DNA from: Flexilinea sp. | GTDB taxonomy: Bacteria > Bacteroidota > Bacteroidia > Bacteroidales > Paludibacteraceae | Reading direction: 5' to 3' | Assembly (NCBI GenBank): GCA_963648205.1 | Contig: CAVJCT010000038.1 | Span: 434 to 64,433, forward strand | DNA: 64,000 nt | In this document: positions 1 to 8,799 of the stretch, one piece after another | How the letters are laid out: every line of letters starts with the position of its first letter | Position numbering within the stretch: the stretch's first letter is position 1 | Translations under genes and position numbers: made by a program | Notes under the pieces: generated by a model | Told to the model about the DNA's origin: nothing | What the model saw: only the letters and a program-made list of their open reading frames with translations | Database searches by the model: none

Positions 1-1
1 C

Positions 2-505
2 GCTCCCGACGTTCCCTTCTTCTGCAGTGCCTTCTCCATAAAATATCAGTCTCACGAAAAGAGCAATTTCAAGGCGCAACTACTACGTTCACAAAAAGAA
101 TTGCTGATTTTCTATCCTACACAAACCGATTTCAATGATGATGCCACGCAGAAAACGCTCGGCAAAATCGTCAGCAATGCTCTTCTTATTGAGGCAAAAC
201 AAATCCTTCCACCTTGGCTGAAACAAGTTGCCGAAACGCACGGATTTCAATATGCCGAATGTAAAGTGTCGCGCATGCGTTCGCAATGGGGCAGTTGCTC
301 GTCGAGGAAGTCCATCCACCTCTCCTCGTCTCTCCTACTTCTTCCAACCGAATTAGCCGAAGCCATTATGCTCCACGAACTCTGCCACACCATCGAGATG
401 AACCATGGTCCGCGGTTTCACGCACTGATGGCTAAACACACGCAAAACAAAGAAGCCGAACTCACACGCCAACTTCACGACTATGCCCATGTCTTGCACA
501 TCTAA
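2..505 (+). CDS. YgjP/DUF45-type (M48-like) zinc metallohydrolase, 5' end outside the window
   Basis: The frame is open from the window edge, with no stop from nt 2. An HEXXH motif (HELCH) lies at 374-388 and is followed by MNHGPRFH, as in DUF45/SprT-like hydrolases. Confidence 0.7.
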   Translation, partial: APDVPFFCSAFSIKYQSHEKSNFKAQLLRSQKELLIFYPTQTDFNDDATQKTLGKIVSNALLIEAKQILPPWLKQVAETHGFQYAECKVSRMRSQWGSCSSRKSIHLSSSLLLLPTELAEAIMLHELCHTIEMNHGPRFHALMAKHTQNKEAELTRQLHDYAHVLHI

Positions 506-587
506 CTGATTTTCAGTCGTTTCTATTGGAATAAGACAAACCGCTAAACACATTTCTCTAAATTCGCCTTATTTTTAACCTTTTTTG

Positions 588-611
588 TATCTTTGTAATT
601 CCGTATTTTTG
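588..611 (+). promoter_or_regulatory. Two candidate Bacteroidota -7 boxes (TATCTTTG 588-595, TATTTTTG 604-611) upstream of the giant ORF
   Basis: Both match the TAnnTTTG consensus of Bacteroidetes sigma-A promoters. They lie 90-106 nt upstream of the TTG start at 701. No clear -33 TTTG was seen. Confidence 0.3.
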
Positions 612-700
612 CGTTGCTTATAGCGTTTATATGCTGTGTAGCAACAAATTATGCGATTTGAAACAGGCAATATAAGAACCGATATAGATACTTTGAAACG

Positions 701-3700
701 TTGAGACGCTTTCTATTCATACTCTTTACGATAACCCTTCTGGCCACGCAACTCGTTGTGGCTCAGACGGATGCCGACCGTTATAGGGAGGAACAACGCC
801 TTCGTGTAGAGCAGTTGAAAGAACGTCGTAAACGTGAGAAAGCGGAAGAAAAAGAGAAAGCGGAAGAGACGAAACAGGCTCTCGAGGAAGAGAACAACGC
901 AAAGAAAGAGGCTGTCAACGCTTCTAAAGAGGCTGCTTCGGCTTCTAAAAATGCAGAAAAAGAAGCAACCGCACAGAAAAAAGAGGCTGCAGCCCAGAAA
1001 AAGCAAGCAGACAAAGCCAATCAGACAGAAAAACTCAAGGAATACGAGCAGATTCTCGAAAACGAGCGTCAGGCACGCGAACTTCGCCAACAGCGTGAGG
1101 CTGAAATGAAAAGAATCAACCAAGAGCGTTGGGCTGCAAAGCAGAAGGAAATCGACGAAGAGCGTGCGAAGGATGAGGCAGAGGCTGCTCAAAAGCAACA
1201 GAAATACGTTGAGGCTGTTGAGCAACAGAAACTGCAACGCGAAATCAACCGTCAAAAAGAAATCGAGGCTCGCGAACAGCAGAAAAAGGCTTGGCAAGAG
1301 AAGAAACAGTCTATCGATGCTGCCAATGCCGAAGCGTCAGCCGCTGAGAAAGAGCGTATTATGCAAGACTATCTCAAGTCGGTTGAATTGGAGAAGCAAG
1401 CTCGCGAAATGCGTCTTCGCAAAGAGGCTGAGTTGAAGAATCAGTACACCGAACTCTGGAATAAGAAGAAGTCGGAGATCGAAGAGGCTCGCAAGAAAGA
1501 GAAAGAAGAAAATCTTCGTCGCCAAAAGGAGTATGAGGCAATTATTGCCAAGCAACGTGAATCTCGTGAGGCTCGCGACAAACGTGATGCCGAAAAGGCT
1601 CAACAAGACAAGGAACTCTGGGAGCAAAAGAAGAAAGAACAAGAAGAACTCCGCAAGAAGCAACAAGAAGAAGAGGAGCAAAAAGCCTCAGAATATCGTG
1701 CTGCCGTAGCCCGCAACAAAGAGGCTGCCGAGCAACAACGCCAAGAAGAGGCAGAAAAACGTGCCAAAGAGAAGGAACTCGCCGAGCAACGTCAACAGCA
1801 GATTCGTGAACAACGTGAGGCGCAAGAGCAAAGGCGCAAAGAGGCTGAAGAGAAGCGTAAACAGGCAGTTGCAGCCCGTCAAGCTGCTCAGCAAGAGCGT
1901 TTAGAGCAACAAAAGCAGTTGCAGGCACAACGTCAACAGCGTGAAGCCGAGCGTAAAGTAGCCGAGCAAGAGAAACTTCGTCTTCAAAAGGAAAAAGAGA
2001 AACAAAAACGTGAAGAGGCAAAGGCTGCAGAGGCACAAAAACGTGAGCAAAAACGTATCAGCGAGCAGAAGAAACGTGAACTTTCTCTTCAACTGAAGGA
2101 GAAGGAAAAGGCTCGTAAAGAGGCTCAAAAACGCAAAGAGCAAGATATTGCTAATCGTCTGAAAGCGAAACGTTTAATCGACAAACAGAAGCAGATAGAC
2201 CTTCGTCAGGCTCAACGTGAACGTGCAGCCGCCCAAAAGCAGGCTGAACGTGAACGTATCAACGCTATGCGCGAAAAGAAGAAAGAGCAACTTCTTATCC
2301 AGCAAGAGAAGCGCAAAGAGAACATGGAGAAGATGCAAGAGCGCAAACAGCGTGAGAAAGAGGCTGAGGCTCAACTCAAAGCCTACCAGCAACGTCAAGC
2401 TGAACTCGCAGAAGCTCAAGCCAAACTTGCAGAACAGAAAGAAGCCGACGAGAAGGAGAAAGAGCGTCTTCGCAAAGAACAAGAGAAGATAGAAAAAGAG
2501 ACTATGAAGTTGGCGAAGAAGATCGTCAGCAACAAGGCCAAAGAGTATAAGAAACAGGATAAGGCGCAAGCGAAGTTGGAGCGTGAGCAAGACAAACTTG
2601 CCGAGCAGGCTCGCAAAGACTCCATCAAATTTGCCCAGATGGATGCTGAAGAACGTGCCAGATACGAAGAGGAAGACCGCATCGACAGTCTTCGTCACCT
2701 CTCTTCTAAGCAGAAGAAGGAATTGAAGAAGAAGCAAGAGTTGCAAGAACAACTGCTCTCGCAAGAGGCAAGCGACGCTGTCTTGCTCGCCAATGGTGAT
2801 TTCGACCTCATCACTGGCGAACGCGACACGACAGACCTTCCTGAGGATGTTCTTGAGCGTCTGCGCAAGAAGAAAGAGAAAGAGGTTGTCGACTTTCCTA
2901 TGGATGAAGACGAGTTGCCAGACTTTGCCGATTCTTTAGGGGTAGACTCCACCGCTGTCGACTCTGTCATTCCATTCTCTTCGACCATCGACTCTACTTT
3001 GTTGAAACAGCAAATCGCCGAGTTAGAGAAGGAGTTGGACAACGTTCGTGAAATCAACACCATCGAGCGGCAGAACAAGAGAAAAGGAAGAAAGAAGGAA
3101 TATGTCTTGAACCGTATCAAAGTGCCAAACTGTAGATACCTCAACGACGTAATCTATGAGCGTGATAAATTTGAGTTCCGCTACGATCTTGATTTCTTCG
3201 TTCACTATTTTGACCACCGCTATTTCCACAAGAAGAAATTCTACGACCGCACCGACACCACTCGTTGGGTGGCTCAGAAGGTGATTCGTTTGGTGGGTAA
3301 CACGAAATATCGCCACACGGATTTCAACAAGGTAGTCGACTCTATCGCAGGTATGATGCCATACTACCCTGTTCCTGAATATCTCGACTCCGTCATTTCC
3401 GAATTGAACCTCGAGTATCTGGCTACGGGTGAAATCAAGGTCAAATTCCGCAACACACGTCAGAAGTCCATCATCGCCAAAGTTAAACCTACGAAGATAG
3501 ACGACAACGGCTTCGGTTCGATGGGAGACATCACCTTCTACACAGGCAACAAGCGTCGTATCATCGAGCAGTTGAACGCCTCTGCATTCGACTCTGTCAT
3601 CGGTTTGAAAGACTCTGCCGAGGTAAAAGAGCAAATCTTAGCAGATTCGTTGGAAACTGTCATCGCAGCCAAGTCTGAACACGACGAGTTCGTCCACACA

Positions 3701-4558
3701 CAGGATAGTTTGAGCAACTTGTCTGATAGTCTCTCCCTCACTGCCGAACAACGTGAGGTGGTACGCAAGAAATTGGACGCTATCTTCTGGGCTGATGATT
3801 CCGACTCGACCGCAACAGAAGACCATATTGAGGTGGAAGGCAACTTAGCTTCTAAGCCAGTGAACTTCGCCGACCTCGACCAGTTAGTGAAATTGGCAGA
3901 GAAAGAGAAGAAGGCGAAAGTGGCAGAACGTGAACGCGCTCGCCGTGCCGCCGCCATCAAGAAACTCCAAGAAGAGGAAGCTGCTGCCGAAGCAGAACTC
4001 CGCAAGGAAGAGGAGTTAGAAGGCGAAGATTCGGGTGAAGAGGACGCAGGAACCACACCTTCAATCGCGCCAACAGGCAATAGCGAAGAGGGCGTTGACG
4101 ATATCGAAGACTCACCATTCGCAGAGCCAGTTGTAGCAACTCCAGAGCCTCAACAGACAGCAACCGAAGCTGAGCAACAAGAGGTGGCAACGGAAGAAGT
4201 GGCATCAGAAGAGAATACAAAAGAGGATTCTCGTGCATCAAAGAAAAAGAAGGAGAAGAAAAACAAAAAGGCAGAAGAAGCCCCTGTAGAAGAGAAAACA
4301 GAAGAGGCAACTGAGCCAGTTTCCGAAACCGCCCCACAATCAGTTCCTGAAGAGGTGAAGGAAGAACCCGCTGAAGAAGTGAGTGCAGATGAGCCTCAGA
4401 ATGAAGGAAAAGCGAAGGCGAAAAAAGAGAAGAAAAAGAAAGAAAAGAAGAAGAAATCTGAAGAAGTTGCAGATGAAGCAGAGTCAGCCGAACCTACTCC
4501 AACGGAAGACAATGCCGACACCGCTGCACCTTCTGAAGAAGACGCTTCAACAGAATAA
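701..4558 (+). CDS. Secreted giant charged coiled-coil / low-complexity protein (1285 aa), function unknown
   Basis: This is the longest ORF in the window. It starts at TTG: an in-frame TGA lies at 659-661 and there is no ATG before the signal peptide. The N-terminal signal peptide is MRRFLFILFTITLLATQLVVAQ. About 700 aa are E/K/Q/R/A-rich helix-forming sequence. An aromatic-rich, globular-looking region covers about aa 801-1010 (nt 3101-3800). The tail is acidic and P/E/T-rich, with K-blocks. Confidence 0.8.
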   Translation: MRRFLFILFTITLLATQLVVAQTDADRYREEQRLRVEQLKERRKREKAEEKEKAEETKQALEEENNAKKEAVNASKEAASASKNAEKEATAQKKEAAAQKKQADKANQTEKLKEYEQILENERQARELRQQREAEMKRINQERWAAKQKEIDEERAKDEAEAAQKQQKYVEAVEQQKLQREINRQKEIEAREQQKKAWQEKKQSIDAANAEASAAEKERIMQDYLKSVELEKQAREMRLRKEAELKNQYTELWNKKKSEIEEARKKEKEENLRRQKEYEAIIAKQRESREARDKRDAEKAQQDKELWEQKKKEQEELRKKQQEEEEQKASEYRAAVARNKEAAEQQRQEEAEKRAKEKELAEQRQQQIREQREAQEQRRKEAEEKRKQAVAARQAAQQERLEQQKQLQAQRQQREAERKVAEQEKLRLQKEKEKQKREEAKAAEAQKREQKRISEQKKRELSLQLKEKEKARKEAQKRKEQDIANRLKAKRLIDKQKQIDLRQAQRERAAAQKQAERERINAMREKKKEQLLIQQEKRKENMEKMQERKQREKEAEAQLKAYQQRQAELAEAQAKLAEQKEADEKEKERLRKEQEKIEKETMKLAKKIVSNKAKEYKKQDKAQAKLEREQDKLAEQARKDSIKFAQMDAEERARYEEEDRIDSLRHLSSKQKKELKKKQELQEQLLSQEASDAVLLANGDFDLITGERDTTDLPEDVLERLRKKKEKEVVDFPMDEDELPDFADSLGVDSTAVDSVIPFSSTIDSTLLKQQIAELEKELDNVREINTIERQNKRKGRKKEYVLNRIKVPNCRYLNDVIYERDKFEFRYDLDFFVHYFDHRYFHKKKFYDRTDTTRWVAQKVIRLVGNTKYRHTDFNKVVDSIAGMMPYYPVPEYLDSVISELNLEYLATGEIKVKFRNTRQKSIIAKVKPTKIDDNGFGSMGDITFYTGNKRRIIEQLNASAFDSVIGLKDSAEVKEQILADSLETVIAAKSEHDEFVHTQDSLSNLSDSLSLTAEQREVVRKKLDAIFWADDSDSTATEDHIEVEGNLASKPVNFADLDQLVKLAEKEKKAKVAERERARRAAAIKKLQEEEAAAEAELRKEEELEGEDSGEEDAGTTPSIAPTGNSEEGVDDIEDSPFAEPVVATPEPQQTATEAEQQEVATEEVASEENTKEDSRASKKKKEKKNKKAEEAPVEEKTEEATEPVSETAPQSVPEEVKEEPAEEVSADEPQNEGKAKAKKEKKKKEKKKKSEEVADEAESAEPTPTEDNADTAAPSEEDASTE
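1043..1855 (+). repeat. Tandem degenerate 54-55-residue (162-165 nt) protein repeats inside the giant ORF
   Basis: Tyr codons recur at 1043, 1205, 1370, 1532 and 1694. In four consecutive units a Trp sits exactly 29 residues after the Tyr (ERW, KAW, ELW, ELW). The fifth unit has lost the Trp. Confidence 0.75.
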
Positions 4559-4593
4559 TAGAGTTTTACCACGACCTTTTAATAACATTTTTT

Positions 4594-5427
4594 ATGTCTG
4601 ACAAAATTAAAAATCTCATCACAAGAGCATTATCTGGAGCAATATTCGTGGCCATCATGATTGCGAGCATCTACTGCAATGGAGACTTTTTCTCCATCGT
4701 GTTCTTTTTGCTCACCCTCGTCGGGCTGTATGAGTTTTACAAATTGACAAACGACCACTTAGAGGGTTGCGAGGTCTTCACCATTCCGTCTGTCATCGGC
4801 GGAGCGATTGTCTATCTCGCCACCTACCTTATATTCTTCAAGGATCAGTCTGCATTTTGGCTCGCAACGCCATTCATCGCATTCGCACTTTTGATGATTG
4901 TAGAATTGTTCCGAGAAAAGCAAAACCCTATCGTCAACATTGCCGTTTCTTTGATGGGTATCCTCTATGTTGCCGTTCCATTCTCACTTCTCTCGTATGT
5001 AGAGTCTACCGAGTATGGATCGCAGATGCTCATTGCTTTCTTCATCACGATATGGGCATCCGACACGGGAGCCTACTTAGTGGGTATGCTTTTAGGAAAG
5101 CACAAAATGTTCGAACGCATCTCTCCAAAGAAGACTTGGGAAGGTCTTGCTGGCGGATTGATATTCTCTGCCGTCGCAGGTGTTATTTTCTTCAATCTCG
5201 ACTATTTTCCAGCCTTCACATTGATCTCCTGGTTGACGATTACCATCCTCATCTTCGCCTTCGGTGTCGTGGGTGATTTAGTGGAATCGCTCATCAAGCG
5301 TAGCCTCAACGTTAAAGATTCTGGCAAGTTTTTGCCTGGCCACGGCGGACTGTTAGACCGCTTCGATAGTGCCCTCATCGCAGCTCCGGTTCTCTTCTTC
5401 GTGGCACTTTTCTCTCTTATTTGTTAA
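4594..5427 (+). CDS. cdsA: Phosphatidate cytidylyltransferase (CDP-diglyceride synthase)
   Basis: Polytopic membrane protein with the C-terminal CdsA signature KRSLNVKDSGKFLPGHGGLLDRFDS. ATG start at 4594. Confidence 0.9.
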   Translation: MSDKIKNLITRALSGAIFVAIMIASIYCNGDFFSIVFFLLTLVGLYEFYKLTNDHLEGCEVFTIPSVIGGAIVYLATYLIFFKDQSAFWLATPFIAFALLMIVELFREKQNPIVNIAVSLMGILYVAVPFSLLSYVESTEYGSQMLIAFFITIWASDTGAYLVGMLLGKHKMFERISPKKTWEGLAGGLIFSAVAGVIFFNLDYFPAFTLISWLTITILIFAFGVVGDLVESLIKRSLNVKDSGKFLPGHGGLLDRFDSALIAAPVLFFVALFSLIC

Positions 5428-5468
5428 ATATTCCTAATAAGACGCATATTTCAACGCAAAATTTTTCT

Positions 5469-5476
5469 TAAATTTG
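5469..5476 (+). promoter_or_regulatory. Candidate -7 box TAAATTTG upstream of psd
   Basis: Matches TAnnTTTG. Lies 21 nt upstream of the ATG at 5497. Confidence 0.35.
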
Positions 5477-5496
5477 CCGTTCAAACTCTACAAAAA

Positions 5497-6165
5497 ATGA
5501 AAATTCATAAGGAAGGTAAAAAACTTTTGCTGAAGGTCTTGGTCGCGCTACTACTCGTCAACGGGTTGTTGTGGTACTATTGTGGTATGGAACACAAGAC
5601 TGCATTAGTTGCATTTTCTACTATATCATTCGTCGTATTCATATTCTTAACCAATTTCTTCAGAAGTCCGAACCGTGTGTTCGAGAATTTTGAGGATGGC
5701 ATGATTGTCTCCCCTGCCGACGGAACCATCGTCGTCATCGAGCCAACCAACGAAGACGAATACCTCAAAGAGCGTAGAATGCAAGTCTCTATTTTCATGA
5801 GCGTTTTCAACGTGCATGCCAACTGGTATCCAACTCATGGAAAGGTGGTCTACTACACCCACAACGATGGTCGCTTTATGGCCGCCAATCTGCCAAAGTC
5901 CAGCACTGAGAACGAACGTTCAACCGTCGTCATCGAACTGCCTAACAAAGTGCAGATCTTAGTCAGACAGGTGGCAGGTGCTTTGGCTCGCCGTATCGTC
6001 ACCTACGCCAATGAAGGAGATGAATGCAAGGTGAACTCTCAACTCGGTTTCATCAAGTTTGGCTCACGTGTCGACCTCTATTTGCCTTTAGACGCTGAGA
6101 TTCTTGTGGACATGAAACAGACAGTCCGCGGAAACAAAACCGTCATCGCAAGGTTAAAAAAATAA
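5497..6165 (+). CDS. psd: Phosphatidylserine decarboxylase proenzyme
   Basis: N-terminal TM segment. Carries the self-cleavage-site-type motif LGFIKFGSRVDLYLP. Size (222 aa) fits the short Psd class. Confidence 0.88.
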   Translation: MKIHKEGKKLLLKVLVALLLVNGLLWYYCGMEHKTALVAFSTISFVVFIFLTNFFRSPNRVFENFEDGMIVSPADGTIVVIEPTNEDEYLKERRMQVSIFMSVFNVHANWYPTHGKVVYYTHNDGRFMAANLPKSSTENERSTVVIELPNKVQILVRQVAGALARRIVTYANEGDECKVNSQLGFIKFGSRVDLYLPLDAEILVDMKQTVRGNKTVIARLKK

Positions 6166-6244
6166 AACACAATCGACTTTTCTGACGAATTGTGTCTCAT
6201 ATTGCAGTTTCATTCGTAAATTGCACAATTAAAAATTAGTCTCA

Positions 6245-6964
6245 ATGGGAATCAGAAAGCACATACCAAACACCATCACGTGTTTGAATCTTTTCTCGGG
6301 AAGCATCGCCTCAGTAATGGCCTTTAAAGGTTTCACTTTTTACGCCCTGCTGTTCATCCTCTTAGCTGCCGTATTCGACTTTTTCGACGGTTTGTCTGCA
6401 CGAGCATTGCATGTTTCCTCTCCCATTGGCAAAGAATTAGACTCTTTGGCAGATATGGTCAGTTTCGGCTTCGCTCCGAGTGTCGTCATCTATACGCAAC
6501 TCACCCTCTGCGATATGCCTGGAAAAGTCCACTGTTTTCTGCCTTTCATTGCCTTTTTGATTGCAGCCTTTTCTGCCTTGAGATTGGCTAAATTCAACTT
6601 AGACGAACGTCAAACTTGCTCCTTCATCGGGTTGGCAACTCCTGCCAACGCACTTTTCTTCGTAGGCTTGATCGCCACGACAGACCCTCTGATGCCAGTC
6701 GCAAGTTACATCGACCGTGGGTGGTTTGGCTTCTTGTTCAACCCTTACGTTGTCGTTGTGTTAATCATCATCTTCAGCTATCTGTTGATTTCTGAAATAC
6801 CAATGTTCTCGTTGAAATTCAAATCGCTCAAATGGAGTGATAACAAAATACGATTCATATTCCTCGGCATCGACATCATCTTGCTCGCAGCACTTCAGTT
6901 GGTAGCCTTGCCATTTATCATCCTTGTTTATTTACTTCTCAGCGTTACCGCATACAAGGAGTAG
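6245..6964 (+). CDS. pssA: CDP-diacylglycerol--serine O-phosphatidyltransferase
   Basis: Carries the CDP-alcohol phosphatidyltransferase motif DFFDGLSARALHVSSPIGKELDSLADMVSFG. Polytopic membrane protein. Confidence 0.88.
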   Translation: MGIRKHIPNTITCLNLFSGSIASVMAFKGFTFYALLFILLAAVFDFFDGLSARALHVSSPIGKELDSLADMVSFGFAPSVVIYTQLTLCDMPGKVHCFLPFIAFLIAAFSALRLAKFNLDERQTCSFIGLATPANALFFVGLIATTDPLMPVASYIDRGWFGFLFNPYVVVVLIIIFSYLLISEIPMFSLKFKSLKWSDNKIRFIFLGIDIILLAALQLVALPFIILVYLLLSVTAYKE

Positions 6965-6992
6965 GCGACACTGAGCATTTTCTGCCAAATCT

Positions 6993-8765
6993 ATGAGTTT
7001 TTGGAAGTCTTTTTTTGCGTCTTTATTAGCAATTTTTGTTTCTGGCGTCATCTTTTTCATTGGCTCGATTGTCGCCATTTGCTTTCTCGTTGCCATCTTC
7101 TCATCCGATGATACAAGGACCGTTCAAGAGAACACCGTTTTGACCATCTCTTTGGAAGGTGAGTTGATAGACCATTCTCAAGAAGATATTTACAACACGA
7201 TTTTAGACGAAGACATCACGCCCTCTTTGGAAGCCATCGTAGGAGCGATCAAACAAGCAGAGAAAGACTCTCTCATCAAAGGTATCTTCATCAAACCAGG
7301 CATCCTCTCAACAGGCTACGGTTCGGTAGAAGAGATAAGAAAAGCATTGAAACATTTCAAAGAAACCACGGGAAAGCCCATCATCGCCTACTCTGGCAAA
7401 TATTCGCAAGGCAACTACTATGTTGCCTCCATAGCCGATTCCATCTACCTCAACCCTATCGGCGCAGTGGATTTTCGAGGCATTGCCACCTCTTCTATGT
7501 TCTACAAGTCGCTTTTAGACACTTTAGGCATCGACATGCAGGTGATCAAGATGGGAACCTACAAATCATACGGAGAAATGTACACCAGTGATACAATGAC
7601 TGCTGCCAACAGAGAGCAAAAAGAGCAACTTGTCAACTCACTCTGGACTGAACTCAAAAAAGACATTTCCGAATCAAGGAATCTCTCCAACGACGAACTC
7701 GACACCATCGCCAACAGCATGCTCATCTACCGCACTCCACAAGAGGTGTTGGAGACAGGCTTAATTGACGGACTCAAATATGCTGACGAAGTAGAATCCG
7801 TTTTCAAAAATCTAATCGGAATCTCCGAGGATGAGGACATGAACTACATTAGCGTAACCGACTATTGGAATGGCAGTTACGACGGTTCTGACGAAAGCAC
7901 AACTGAAACTGACCAGATTGCGGTTCTCTACGCAGAAGGCGAAATTGACAATGGTTCGACCACAGGATTAAGTTCTTCTAAAACCATCAAACAACTGAAG
8001 CAATTGGAAGAAGACAGCACCGTAAAGGCTGTTGTCGTGCGTGTCAACTCACCAGGTGGAAGTGCCTACGGTGCAGAGCAGATGTGGCACGCCATAAACC
8101 GTTTAAAATCCGTCAAACCAGTGGTTATCAGTATGGGCGATTATGCTGCGTCGGGAGGCTACTATATGTCTGTCGCAGCCGACCATATCTTTGCCGAGAG
8201 CAAAACCATCACAGGTTCTATCGGTGTGTTCTGCGTCATTCCAAACATTTCAAAATTGACTCATAAATTAGGTATTCACCAAGAATTTGTGAAGACGAAC
8301 GCCAACGCCGACATTCTCTCTACCCTTCTCCAACCTCTCACCGACGAGGAGAAAGAGGTACTTCAAAGTCACGTTGGAAGTGTCTACAACACCTTCTTAG
8401 ACCGTGTTGAGGCAGGCAGACCGAACCTGACAAGAGACGAGATAGAGAATTTGGCAGAAGGTCGTGTATGGAGCGGTGTAGACGCACTCCACAACGGTCT
8501 CGTTGACGAATTGGGAACGTTAGACGATGCCATCCACTATGCTGCTCAAGAAGCCCAATTAGGCTCTTCCTACAGTGTTTACACCTACCCAGAAGCAGAA
8601 GATTGGTGGAAGCAGATGAAACAGTTGCCCAATATCGGTTACGAAAAGATCAAAGCCACCCTCTTCCCATCAAAAGTACTCTCGTGGGAACAAAATTTGA
8701 TTCTCCGTTTGCAAAATTTAGATCACGACCAGATGATTATGCCTTACGAAATGATGGTAAGATAG
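6993..8765 (+). CDS. sppA: Signal peptide peptidase SppA, 67K type
   Basis: N-terminal TM followed by two ClpP/crotonase-like halves. Motifs VRVNSPGGSAYGAEQ and GDYAASGGYYMS are present. Confidence 0.88.
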   Translation: MSFWKSFFASLLAIFVSGVIFFIGSIVAICFLVAIFSSDDTRTVQENTVLTISLEGELIDHSQEDIYNTILDEDITPSLEAIVGAIKQAEKDSLIKGIFIKPGILSTGYGSVEEIRKALKHFKETTGKPIIAYSGKYSQGNYYVASIADSIYLNPIGAVDFRGIATSSMFYKSLLDTLGIDMQVIKMGTYKSYGEMYTSDTMTAANREQKEQLVNSLWTELKKDISESRNLSNDELDTIANSMLIYRTPQEVLETGLIDGLKYADEVESVFKNLIGISEDEDMNYISVTDYWNGSYDGSDESTTETDQIAVLYAEGEIDNGSTTGLSSSKTIKQLKQLEEDSTVKAVVVRVNSPGGSAYGAEQMWHAINRLKSVKPVVISMGDYAASGGYYMSVAADHIFAESKTITGSIGVFCVIPNISKLTHKLGIHQEFVKTNANADILSTLLQPLTDEEKEVLQSHVGSVYNTFLDRVEAGRPNLTRDEIENLAEGRVWSGVDALHNGLVDELGTLDDAIHYAAQEAQLGSSYSVYTYPEAEDWWKQMKQLPNIGYEKIKATLFPSKVLSWEQNLILRLQNLDHDQMIMPYEMMVR

Positions 8766-8799
8766 CAATTCTTCCTTTCATTTTTTTATATTTGCAAGT

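Noticed and set aside
713-4601. About twenty overlapping ORFs on both strands and in alternative frames within the giant gene (for example 713-1297 minus, 1542-2036 minus, 2174-2764 minus, 3023-3634 minus).
   Set aside because: They are by-products of purine-rich, stop-poor, low-complexity DNA. Their translations are L/F/S- or R/K-rich nonsense with no motifs. The long + frame has a signal peptide and phased repeats.
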